Assembly (NCBI GenBank): GCA_965223205.1
Contig: CBDCWB010000009.1
Span: 1-28,998 of the forward strand
Reading direction: 5' to 3'
Source: Candidatus Eiseniibacteriota bacterium
GTDB lineage: Bacteria; Eisenbacteria; RBG-16-71-46; CAVPCR01; CBDCWB01
Length of the DNA: 28,998 nt
The position numbers were made by a program, and so were the translations under genes. Below are positions 8,902 to 17,756 of this stretch, piece by piece. Position 1 is the stretch's first letter. Each line of letters begins with the position of its first letter. The notes below the pieces were generated by a model. The model was not told the DNA's origin, did no database searches, and was given only the letters and a program-made list of their open reading frames with translations.

Positions 8902-10008
8902 ATGTCGGCACCAAGTTCACTAGTATCGAAGCTCGGGTTCAACTTCGAGAGCGTCTACGGCGGGTCAATGACCCCTAGCGATTTCCTGTTGCAGTCACCG
9001 GGAAAGGGGTTTCGCGTCTATCCGACGCAGTATCTGCCGAGGTACCCGCAAACGCCCAACGATCGCCCTGAAGTCCGTGGCGAGGCCGAGGGGATCGACC
9101 ACACGCGAATCACGACGGGAAAAATCACGGTCTCGCACGACCTTAGTTGGGATGTCCACTATTCGGGCATCGATGCGATGCTGATCGGTGCGGCGTTCGG
9201 TAACATCACGACGACAGGGTCGGGGCCTTACGTGCACACCATTAGACCGGGGCCAACTTTGCCGTCATTCGTGGTGGGCTGGATCACGCCATACGAGACG
9301 GAACTCACGTTCGACTCCCACTTTTACAACGGGATAGTCGCAAACACGCTCACGCTTTCGCACAGCGGTGAAAGTCCGCTATCCGGGTCTCTGTCGTGTA
9401 TTGGGCGAGACTGGGCAGAGTTTTTCCCGATCCTCGTACCGACTGACACCGTGACCGAACCAGGTCTATTCCAGCTCGAGGACGTCGTTGAGTGGCACCA
9501 CATCGATCCAGCTGGTTGCATCGCGGTGTCTGCCAACGGTGGCGGCGACGTCGAGGTCACGGCCGAGAGCGTTGAGTTCACCCTCAACAACAACCTCAGC
9601 TCCCGAGCGGTCTTGGCCAAGGGCCGCTACGGAAGCAGGCCCGGGCGTGGCGGGAAGCGCGACTTCATCTTGCGCGTGAAGCTGGACAAGGACAACGCGT
9701 GGAAGACCTTCCACGATGTTTTGGGTAGCAGCTCCTCAGCGACACAGGGGCGTGGTCGCGTGTCGGTGCCCTACGTCGGCCCGGGCAATCAGAAGATGAC
9801 GGTCGTATTGCAAAACTGCCAGGTGTTGGACTTGTCCCCAACGCTAGAAAACGACGAGGAGATGGTGCCCACCGCTGAGGTGCGCGGCCACTACCTAGCT
9901 TCGGAAACAGGCGACGACCAGCTCCCGTGCATCATCACCATTGAAAATGATAGGGAAGGCCCAGGTGGGCATTCCTCGAACCCAGCCACTTTCGGCGATG
10001 CCTTCTAG
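8902..10008 (+). CDS. Major tail (tube) protein.
   Basis: A strong AGGAG RBS is present. The 368-aa protein is beta-rich. It sits immediately 5' of the chaperone and tape-measure genes, which is the canonical siphovirus order. Confidence 0.6.
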   Translation: MSAPSSLVSKLGFNFESVYGGSMTPSDFLLQSPGKGFRVYPTQYLPRYPQTPNDRPEVRGEAEGIDHTRITTGKITVSHDLSWDVHYSGIDAMLIGAAFGNITTTGSGPYVHTIRPGPTLPSFVVGWITPYETELTFDSHFYNGIVANTLTLSHSGESPLSGSLSCIGRDWAEFFPILVPTDTVTEPGLFQLEDVVEWHHIDPAGCIAVSANGGGDVEVTAESVEFTLNNNLSSRAVLAKGRYGSRPGRGGKRDFILRVKLDKDNAWKTFHDVLGSSSSATQGRGRVSVPYVGPGNQKMTVVLQNCQVLDLSPTLENDEEMVPTAEVRGHYLASETGDDQLPCIITIENDREGPGGHSSNPATFGDAF

Positions 10009-10018
10009 GAGATCCCAG

Positions 10019-10564
10019 GTGGAGACGAAACAAGTGTGTCTCGATGGCGGCTTTGAGTTGACCGTCGTTCGGATGCGCCCGGTTGACCAATTCGCGTTCA
10101 ACGCTCACCTCGCCGACTTCGAAAAGCAACGCGAGGACAAGGCAGCCGGGGAGGGCAATGGCGGTGACGGCGAGGGTACTGGTTCGGGGCGGCCAAACTT
10201 TGGCCAATACATCGTAACGACTCCCGAGTGCTACGAGCTGTTTGTGGGGAGGGCACTACCCAGTAGTGTGCTGGAAGTCAAAACTAACGAAAACCAACAG
10301 TACAAGGCGTCGTGGCGACAAGGCGGCGAATTTTCACCGTGTGTTTCTGGCGAGGCTACGCGTGGCGGGACTTTCTATCTCGGCGACCTTGGGTTCACCA
10401 ACCTGGTGAAGCTGTTTGCAGAACTTTATTCATTTTCCCAGGCGGTAGGTGCCACCTTTCGAGTCGATCCGAGCGTTGGATCCGGCGACGAAGAGCCTGA
10501 TTTGGCGTCTAGCCCGGGGCCTAGCAAAAAGTCCGACGGAGTTGCTCCAGAGCACGTCAATTGA
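10019..10564 (+). CDS. Tail assembly chaperone (G-like). A possible +1 frameshift extension (GT-like) into frame 0 runs to 10718.
   Basis: GTG start 7 nt after an AGGAG. The N-terminal VCLDGGFELTVVRMRPVDQFAFNAHLADFE matches the IxLDGxEYxLxF...LxxLE chaperone motif from memory. A protein-like overlapping ORF (10449..10718) lies between this gene and the tape-measure gene. Confidence 0.5.
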   Translation: METKQVCLDGGFELTVVRMRPVDQFAFNAHLADFEKQREDKAAGEGNGGDGEGTGSGRPNFGQYIVTTPECYELFVGRALPSSVLEVKTNENQQYKASWRQGGEFSPCVSGEATRGGTFYLGDLGFTNLVKLFAELYSFSQAVGATFRVDPSVGSGDEEPDLASSPGPSKKSDGVAPEHVN

Positions 10565-10722
10565 GGAGTTGTGCGGAGATTTGCACGTCATGGTCGGCCA
10601 TGAGCAGCACATGGCCGACGAGCGAAAGAAGTTTCGCAAGAAGTACGCGAGGCTGATTGAGGGAGCTTCATGCCCGATGTGGCTCGTGTACGACAGAATA
10701 GCTTTCCCTACGGACTAGGACC

Positions 10723-13339
10723 ATGCCAAGGCGCTCAACTGAGTCCATCATTGGCGTTCGCACCGAGTTTGATGGATCGGAGCTGAGCGCTGGCGCCGCA
10801 CGAATAAGCAAAACGCTGGACGACATCGACCGCGAGGCATCGCGAGCTCTTAGCTCTGCGGGCAACGCAACGCGCGGCGTCGACAAGGCGGTTGGTGCTA
10901 GCGATAGCTCCGCGAAGGGGCTTCTCGGGACGGTGACCTCGCTCCACCCCGCCCTGCTTGCTGTAGCAACTGCGGCCACAGCAGTTGTTAGCGCTTGGGC
11001 TGGTGTGAAGATTGGCAAGGCAGCGTTCAATGACGTGCGCGAGGCAATCGGTGAACTCGACGAGCAAGTAGCCAAGATCCAGAGGACCTCGATTCAGGCG
11101 TCTGTGAGCCCGGAGTTTGTGCAGGTCTACCGCGAGGCGGCGCGATCTGTTGAACGCAACGTGGGCAGGATTGACCGCGCGTTGATCATTCTGTCCCGCC
11201 GACTCGCGTCCGCTCAGTCGGGGGGACACTAAGGCCATTCGTGCGTTTGAAATCGCGGGGATAGAGAATCTCCAGCAGTACGAGAGCCTGGAAAAGCTAC
11301 TTCCCTCCCTTGCTAAGAATATTGCTGGTGTGGAGACTCAACAAGAAAAGGCAGCGGTTGGAGCTGCCCTGTTTGGCCGACGGTACCTCGACCTTTACCG
11401 GGTCCTCGTCCAGGGCGGCGAAGCGATCGAAAGTGCACAGGCGAGGTTTTCAGCCGGGCAGTTCGGGTTCAGCGCCGCCGAGCTAGAGACAATTGCAAGT
11501 GCAGAGACGGCTTTTGCCCGGTTGGATCGGACGGGCGGTCTCTTGGGCGACAAGTTTCGAGTCGGCTTGGCGCCGGCCGCTGCGCTGGTTGCCAACGAGA
11601 TCGATGGTGTTGCAGCTAGCTCAAGGGCTCTTAACGCTGCGTTGGGTGCCGGGCGCGCTATTGGTGACGCCTTTTTGGGCGCTGCTGGGGTCGTGTCCGA
11701 CGCAAGGGGTTCGATCGATGGTATGACGACCGGTTGGCAGAGGTTCTTGCGGACAGCGACTCTAACACCGTTTGCAGGTGTTCTGAAGGACATCCGGCTC
11801 GCCAGGGCGCTTCTCGACAAACTCGCGGGGCGCGGTCGAGCCTTACGTGAAAGTAGCGAGCCCGATACGCCCGGCGGCCCGGGCGCAGAGCCGCAACCAG
11901 ACAACCAAATCGCGGTGGACCAACTGGGGCTTCAGGCTCTAGCGCGGAAAGCGATTGCTGCCCAAGGCAAGGAACAAGAGCAACTACTTCGGCTTCTTCG
12001 ATCTCGAATCCAGTCGGAACGCCAGGTGACGGACCTGGTTCGGTCCCAGACAGAGCTGGTAGAGCGCCAAGCAAGGATCGGTCGCCTTGGGCAAGACTTC
12101 CGGACGCTTGTGGGTCGGGAACTCCAAGGTCTGGAGCGAGATGCGGAGCGCGGCGCTGGCGCCTTTGCGCCCCGGTCTCTGGACACGCAAGCTTTTGCTC
12201 CACCGCGATTCGACCCCACTGTGCCGGCGCGGCCGCGGGAGTTTCAGATTGCGGGGCTGACCGAGGACGACCGCCGACGCTTGCGCCGCGGTCCAGAAAT
12301 CGACACTGACGATACCGAGCGCGCGACGCAGGCCTTGGACGGGTTCAATCGGACGATGGATGCCGCCGGTGACGTTGTGTTTGCGGTGACCGGGAGGGTA
12401 GACACTGCCCTTTCCCGGGTTGTGTCGGGCTTGCGCGGGCTTCTTGGGGTACTTGCGCAGATTCGCCAGGCGGCGGACGCATGGGGTGCGATTCGCGAGG
12501 CGAGTTCGATTGCTTCCGCCGCCCTGGGAAGTGCGCCGGCTGCCAGCGGGCTGGGTGCGCCTGGCGGCTCTAGCGCCGGCGGGGGACTTCTCGATAGAGA
12601 GGGGATCTACTTTGGCAGCGCCGCCAAACCCTCAGCAGCGCTTCCTGTCCGAGTAGTCGGCGCCGTTGGTGCCGACATCGTCGATATTGACAGTCGGGCC
12701 TCCAAGAGCCTCGCGGGTGCGATCGGAACAGCTGCTGGAAGCAAGGAGCCGACGACAGGGGCGCCGTCGGAGCCCGTCGGCGGTCAGCCGGCCGGCGTCT
12801 TTGCAGAGATTCTGTCCGCAGCATCAAGCGCGATCAACGTCGCATCCAAGTTTGTGAGTCGGCCTGGCCCCCTCAGTGCCGGCCCGTCCTTTGAAGTCGC
12901 GACGGCGCTTGGTTTCTCGCCATTTCGCGAAGAACCGCTATTCCAAGGTACGCAACGCTTTGCTGGCGCTGATTTGGTCGACTCGCGCAACGAGGAGGCG
13001 ATCCGGGCCGCGACAAGCGCCAGGTTGCGATCCCAATCGTTTGAGTCTCGATTCGCGGAGCTGTTTCCCGGCGCCGAGTCTTTTCCGGCGCTGCCCGGTG
13101 AGGAGGGACGCTTTCGCATTCCGTTCACCTCGGAAGACGTTGTTCTCCGCCGGGAGGTGCCGCTTTCTGGTATCCCTGGCACGCAGCAGATTGTGCAGCC
13201 GATATCGCCAGGGCAAGCCGACTTTCCAGGGGCAACTCAAAACAACTTCTACATCCAGTCGTTCGATCCCGCTGGCACTCGGGAGATCATCAACTCAAAG
13301 GTGTTTCGCGACGAACTCGAAGAGGTTTCGAGGCGCTAG
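10723..13339 (+). CDS. Tail tape measure protein. It is split by a +1 frame change at a G6 homopolymer (11220-11225). Part 1 is 10723..11232 and part 2 continues in the next frame to 13339.
   Basis: Part 1 ends ...LASAQSGGH*. The next frame reads ...GDTKAIRAFEIAGIENLQQYESLEKLLPSLAKNIAGVETQQEKAAVGAALFGRRY... without a stop from the G-run onward. Removing one G gives ...AQSGDTKAIRAFEIAG... in a single frame. The protein is Ala/Gly-rich, coiled-coil-like and has a hydrophobic segment, all typical of tape-measure proteins. Confidence 0.7.
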
Positions 13340-13343
13340 GATC

Positions 13344-16013
13344 ATGGCGTACCGCGACATCACATGGCTTCCGGCACCGCACGATACCGGCGACAAGATC
13401 CCATTGGAGTGGGTGACAATGGTCAGCTTGCACGTCGCTGGCTGGCCGGCGCCCTACTGGTTCTCCTATAGGGAGGCAAAGCAGGGGCAAGAAGCATCGT
13501 CTCCTACGGAGGCGGCCCTCGAGCGCGTCTCCGACATCACTTATCGTTCACCTCTGCTGGGCCAACAGAAGCCGAGCACGCTCTATTGCTATGTAACTCT
13601 ACGGAATGTTCGCTCAACCTTTGCGAACGCGGGTGGCGGGCGGTTCCCGGCAAAGACACCAGCGCCCAGGATTGGAGATCTCTTTGCTACGTGGACGCCA
13701 AACACGATGGATGTCTACTGCACAATCTCCTACCGAGGGCAGTCGTCTAATGCACTTGCCCACACGGTCTTCTCTGGGCGTGTTTCGAGGGTTGTGGGGA
13801 TTTCTCGGCGATTCGTAACCCTGATGATCACACGAGACAAACGGTGGGAAGATCAGGTACCCCGTCACTTTGTTGCGGATGGATCAACAGGCGCGGTCGG
13901 CTCAACAAGCGGTCTGCCCCTTGGTACACATTGGGGTGTCTGGGGTGGGGCGCTGGACGAAAGCAACGACCCCGGTGGATTCACTCCGTACGGAGACAAT
14001 GACGCTGGCAATTCTATCCCCGAGGTGGCGGCCGACAAGGGCGGGTATTGCTCTCCGGTGCCCCTGGTCGCTCTCGGCGACGTCCAAGTAGCAAGCAATG
14101 TCTCGGGGCGCGACTACCACTTCAACCAAGTGTTTGCCAACAACGAGCACAACGATCCGTTTGATGTCTCCAACGCGCATCGTGTCTACATAGCTCACGG
14201 CGGTGGGCTTTCTTGGGTCTCTTCTCCGGGCGCCCTTCAGAGCGCGCAGGTGTCGTCGATCGGGCCAGCGTGGTCAAAGAAGCTACGTCTGAACAGCAAT
14301 GCCACTGCGCACACTCGGATCTTTCCGGACACGATCAAGGCGACTGATTTCGCGACGACCGACAGCTTTGGCCGGATGGTCGACGGAAAGGCTGAAAGCT
14401 GGGTTGAAGAGGTGATCGGGCCGGACAAGTACGCGGAGTTCTATCTAAACTCTGCTCAGTCGGTCGGAAAGATCATCGAGAACGCAACCGCACTCACCCT
14501 GGTTCTGGAGTATTGGGCTGACTCCAGCCCTACGCTCGGGCAAGCGTTCGACGTGGATGTCACGCTTGAATTGCGGTGGGGGCCAGCAATACCAACGCAC
14601 GTTTCAACCCAGACCGTCTCGATCGACGAGAACACGAACGGAGGACCACAATATCCTCGTTTCAGCAGGATTGAGTACGCCCTCCCCGTTGCCTCGATTG
14701 ACCCGTCGGTCAACAACTTCCTTGACTGGGACTTCACTTACAACTCAGCCGGCCAAAAATACCAAGCCTACATCGCACTACGGCTGGAGCGCCCATCCGG
14801 CGGCGCAAGCGTGTTCGGTATCCGTAACTACTACTTGGTCGTCTCCTATAAGCCTTTTCAGCGATTGATTGACACCGAACTAGTCATTGTGCCAAGGCCT
14901 CAACAGGGAAAAGTCACAGACGAACCAATCGATCACTCCGCCTACTTGGTGCAGCAACGACACTACGTCGAGCCGGTGCGAAACATTCGCAACAACGCGT
15001 TTGCCGACTCGTCTGGCATTCGCGATGTGTCGCTATCGTACGTGGACCCTTTGAAGTCTTCGACGGTTTTCCATAACCCCGCAGCGACAGTGGGCTACAT
15101 GGTCGACAGTTTTGGAGCCGGTCGCGCAGGAATTGGGAAGGCGCCAGTAACCGCTTGGGACGAAGCCGCCTACAGCCATGTCAGCCTGGAGAGAGTGAGA
15201 GACCAGCTCAATGCCATCCATGGAGGGTGGCGGACCCACTGGCTGATCGACGAGGAAACCAACGTAACCACGAGCGCCAGACGTCTCGCGGCTGAGTCCC
15301 TTGTAGTTCTTGAGGAGATCGAGAAGTCGGATGGTACCGACCTATTGGGTGGGTGGTTGCCGAGCGCTGGGGGAATCACACCAGGCATTCAAGCCGAGGA
15401 CTATTGGCGTGGCAATGCACGTCGGCTTGAGATCACTGACCTAGAGGATCCACACGCGTTTCGCCTTATGCAGACGCCCCTTGAGTGGGTTACCAACGCC
15501 CTCCGGGTGGAGTACGCGTTCGACTACGTCAGCGGCCAATACATGCGCCACACTGCCGTGGACCACACGGGGGCTAGCGGTCAGCTACAAGGGGACCCAT
15601 CCGACGGGTACGCGGCAACAGATGCGATCCTGTGCGGCACGAGCTTCGCCAGATACAAGCAGAACTTCGCCAAAACGATACGCCTGAAGTCGATCTATCG
15701 ACCGAAGGAGGCTTTTGCAATTCGGTCCGCTTGGATTCGCCTCTGGTCACTCCAGCACGCCATGATTCAATTTACGGTTCTTGCCCCCGTCGTTGATCTG
15801 GCGATGGCGGGAAAGGTGTTTTCGGTGCATGACGACCTCGGGACGCAATTGGGTATCTCGCGGCCAGACGCAATCAGAGAGACGGTGAACACCGTGCCGC
15901 TGCCCGGTGACAACTGGAACGAATACGGAACCTTGTATTGGCGTGTTATCGGTCACACGATGAGACCAAGGCTCGCCCCGTCGGCTGATATTGTCGCCAT
16001 CGAGGGAATTTGA
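13344..16013 (+). CDS. Large distal tail / tail-tip structural protein (889 aa).
   Basis: ATG 5 nt after the tape-measure stop. The long ORF is protein-like throughout. Function is inferred from its position after the tape-measure gene. The 12876 start given in the ORF track overlaps the tape-measure gene and is rejected. Confidence 0.55.
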   Translation: MAYRDITWLPAPHDTGDKIPLEWVTMVSLHVAGWPAPYWFSYREAKQGQEASSPTEAALERVSDITYRSPLLGQQKPSTLYCYVTLRNVRSTFANAGGGRFPAKTPAPRIGDLFATWTPNTMDVYCTISYRGQSSNALAHTVFSGRVSRVVGISRRFVTLMITRDKRWEDQVPRHFVADGSTGAVGSTSGLPLGTHWGVWGGALDESNDPGGFTPYGDNDAGNSIPEVAADKGGYCSPVPLVALGDVQVASNVSGRDYHFNQVFANNEHNDPFDVSNAHRVYIAHGGGLSWVSSPGALQSAQVSSIGPAWSKKLRLNSNATAHTRIFPDTIKATDFATTDSFGRMVDGKAESWVEEVIGPDKYAEFYLNSAQSVGKIIENATALTLVLEYWADSSPTLGQAFDVDVTLELRWGPAIPTHVSTQTVSIDENTNGGPQYPRFSRIEYALPVASIDPSVNNFLDWDFTYNSAGQKYQAYIALRLERPSGGASVFGIRNYYLVVSYKPFQRLIDTELVIVPRPQQGKVTDEPIDHSAYLVQQRHYVEPVRNIRNNAFADSSGIRDVSLSYVDPLKSSTVFHNPAATVGYMVDSFGAGRAGIGKAPVTAWDEAAYSHVSLERVRDQLNAIHGGWRTHWLIDEETNVTTSARRLAAESLVVLEEIEKSDGTDLLGGWLPSAGGITPGIQAEDYWRGNARRLEITDLEDPHAFRLMQTPLEWVTNALRVEYAFDYVSGQYMRHTAVDHTGASGQLQGDPSDGYAATDAILCGTSFARYKQNFAKTIRLKSIYRPKEAFAIRSAWIRLWSLQHAMIQFTVLAPVVDLAMAGKVFSVHDDLGTQLGISRPDAIRETVNTVPLPGDNWNEYGTLYWRVIGHTMRPRLAPSADIVAIEGI

Positions 16014-16014
16014 G

Positions 16015-16941
16015 ATGGCCCTCTCTCGCGAATCCAAGCAGCTATTCCTCCTTGGCAATTACTTGTTCGAGGATGCGGAGGTCTCCGTCGCGGAGTCGAG
16101 CACTGGTGACTTCTTGTATCCACTTTCGAACGCGCTAGACCCGCGAACGAGCCGGCCGGCGAGGTTTAGCACTTCAGGTTCGTCAAGCAAGGACCTGGTG
16201 TTTCGGTGTGCCTCGGGCCTTGCCGGTGACTTTTCGGCTTTCCACCCCGACTGCATCCTCGTCGCGGGACTTGGCAACCGCACTGACACTTCAAGCAGTT
16301 TTGAGCAAGACGGCCTCGATGTAACGGTCTACACAGCGACATCGGCTACTGGACCATGGACAGCCATTGCCATTCACGTTTGGGACCCAACGAACGGAAA
16401 CGCAATCTTGCTCGACTTCGAGGAGAACGGAGTAAGCACTGCGCTTCGGAAGCGGCAATGGTGGCGGATTCAGTTCGAGAAAATAGGGGCTGGGAACCTT
16501 GCGGCGGTCGATGTTGGAGCGGTGATGCTCGCAAACCGGTACGTGAGCACTCACAACGTGGAGGCGCCATACACGGTTGAGGTCAACAATTTGAACGTTG
16601 TGACTGGGGAGGACACGGCTTCTCTTGCCGTGCATAAGTCCAACGCTCCGGCAATCCGGCACGTCGGACGGTTTTGGATTGAGTCGGACGAAGAGCGGCA
16701 CAAGCTGATCCAAAGGCTCCGCGGGTACGACGGAGTTCTTCAACCCAGCCGATTCAATCACTTCGAGCGGCTTAACTGGCCATGCGCCTTTGTGGATCCC
16801 TTTAGCTGGGTCTCGGGATCCGGCCTTGCTGTTGGCGTCCCCACCCTGGGCTATCTTGTTCGGTCGCGGGTGACGACTGAGAACACGTTCGATCACGTTT
16901 GCGATTTCGTATTCGACGAGATTGCAGGTTCACTGAGTTAG
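16015..16941 (+). CDS. Putative tail/baseplate component (308 aa).
   Basis: ATG 2 nt after the upstream stop. Assignment is by position. Confidence 0.5.
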   Translation: MALSRESKQLFLLGNYLFEDAEVSVAESSTGDFLYPLSNALDPRTSRPARFSTSGSSSKDLVFRCASGLAGDFSAFHPDCILVAGLGNRTDTSSSFEQDGLDVTVYTATSATGPWTAIAIHVWDPTNGNAILLDFEENGVSTALRKRQWWRIQFEKIGAGNLAAVDVGAVMLANRYVSTHNVEAPYTVEVNNLNVVTGEDTASLAVHKSNAPAIRHVGRFWIESDEERHKLIQRLRGYDGVLQPSRFNHFERLNWPCAFVDPFSWVSGSGLAVGVPTLGYLVRSRVTTENTFDHVCDFVFDEIAGSLS

Positions 16942-17004
16942 AGATGTGCAACGCCGCCTAGGTTTGCCTGGCGCCCAAAGAGAATAAACGATACATTCGA
17001 GCTA

Positions 17005-17442
17005 ATGCATACCGTCACGCTGACAAGATGGGGCTCGACCCCGATGGGGACCTTCGGCGAGCTGCGCGCTCCGGAGTTTCGGTGCTACACCGTCGAGCCG
17101 CCGTGGAGAGGCAACGCGCGATACCTCTCGTGCATCCCGCCAGGGGTCTATCGGTTGGAGTTGGGTTCGTACCATGTCGGTGGGTACCCGGCCTATGAGC
17201 TGGTAGGTGTGCCCGGTCGAGATCTCATCAAGATTCACGCGGCAAACCGGGCACGCGAGTTGCTCGGCTGCATCGCCGTTGGAAACGACTTAGCTTGCAT
17301 CAACGGCGAGTGGGCTGTGCTCAATAGTCGCCGGACGCTAAAGCGTTTGCACGCCGTGCTCGCGCGAATGGAGAGCAAGGGCTTGGCGCCGGCGATTAGG
17401 ATCGACTGGCGGGTGATCTCAGAGCGCCTGGAGTACGCGTGA
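17005..17442 (+). CDS. YkuD-like (L,D-transpeptidase catalytic fold) protein, a candidate peptidoglycan peptidase or endolysin.
   Basis: The motif IKIHAANRARELLGCIAVGN resembles the H...(S/T/G)xGC(I/V) catalytic His/Cys signature of LD-transpeptidase domains. It sits after the tail genes, where lysis cassettes usually lie, and follows a 63-nt lower-GC intergenic spacer. Confidence 0.4.
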   Translation: MHTVTLTRWGSTPMGTFGELRAPEFRCYTVEPPWRGNARYLSCIPPGVYRLELGSYHVGGYPAYELVGVPGRDLIKIHAANRARELLGCIAVGNDLACINGEWAVLNSRRTLKRLHAVLARMESKGLAPAIRIDWRVISERLEYA

Positions 17443-17756
17443 TGGCTGACAATGGGTCCTCAAAAACCAACGGAAGGTCGGTGGTGCTCAACAACTACAT
17501 CAAGGTTGTTTGGGGGTCCGTTACAGCGTTTGTGTTGTTCTTCTTTGCGGCCGACCGGTACACAGAACACAAGATAGTGACGCTTGCGCCTTACGCGCAG
17601 GAAAAACGATTGGTTGACCAGCGTTTCTCCGACATCGACCGGCGCGTTTCGGCGGTGGAGTCCAGCGCCGCTGGGATCCACTCGCAAATTGCTCTTGTTA
17701 ACCAGTCGCTGGGAGAGATAAAGGGGAAGCTCGATGTTTTCATGGATCAGAAATAG
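17442..17756 (+). CDS. Single-TM membrane protein with a C-terminal coiled coil (holin- or i-spanin-like).
   Basis: One hydrophobic helix (VVWGSVTAFVLFFFAADRY). It is followed by a heptad-like segment (LVDQRFSDIDRRVSAVESSAAGIHSQIALVNQSLGEIKGKLD). Start is coupled to 17005..17442. Confidence 0.4.
   Translation: MADNGSSKTNGRSVVLNNYIKVVWGSVTAFVLFFFAADRYTEHKIVTLAPYAQEKRLVDQRFSDIDRRVSAVESSAAGIHSQIALVNQSLGEIKGKLDVFMDQK

Noticed and set aside
12876-13343. The upstream extension of the 1045-aa ORF that overlaps the tape-measure 3' end.
   Set aside because: The extension is Arg/Ser-rich junk. A clean ATG at 13344 lies 5 nt after the tape-measure stop.
16942-17004. A possible terminator hairpin in the spacer before the YkuD-like gene.
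   Set aside because: No convincing stem was found by eye (cgccgcctagg / cctggcgcc do not pair). It is kept only as a lower-GC spacer that may contain a promoter.
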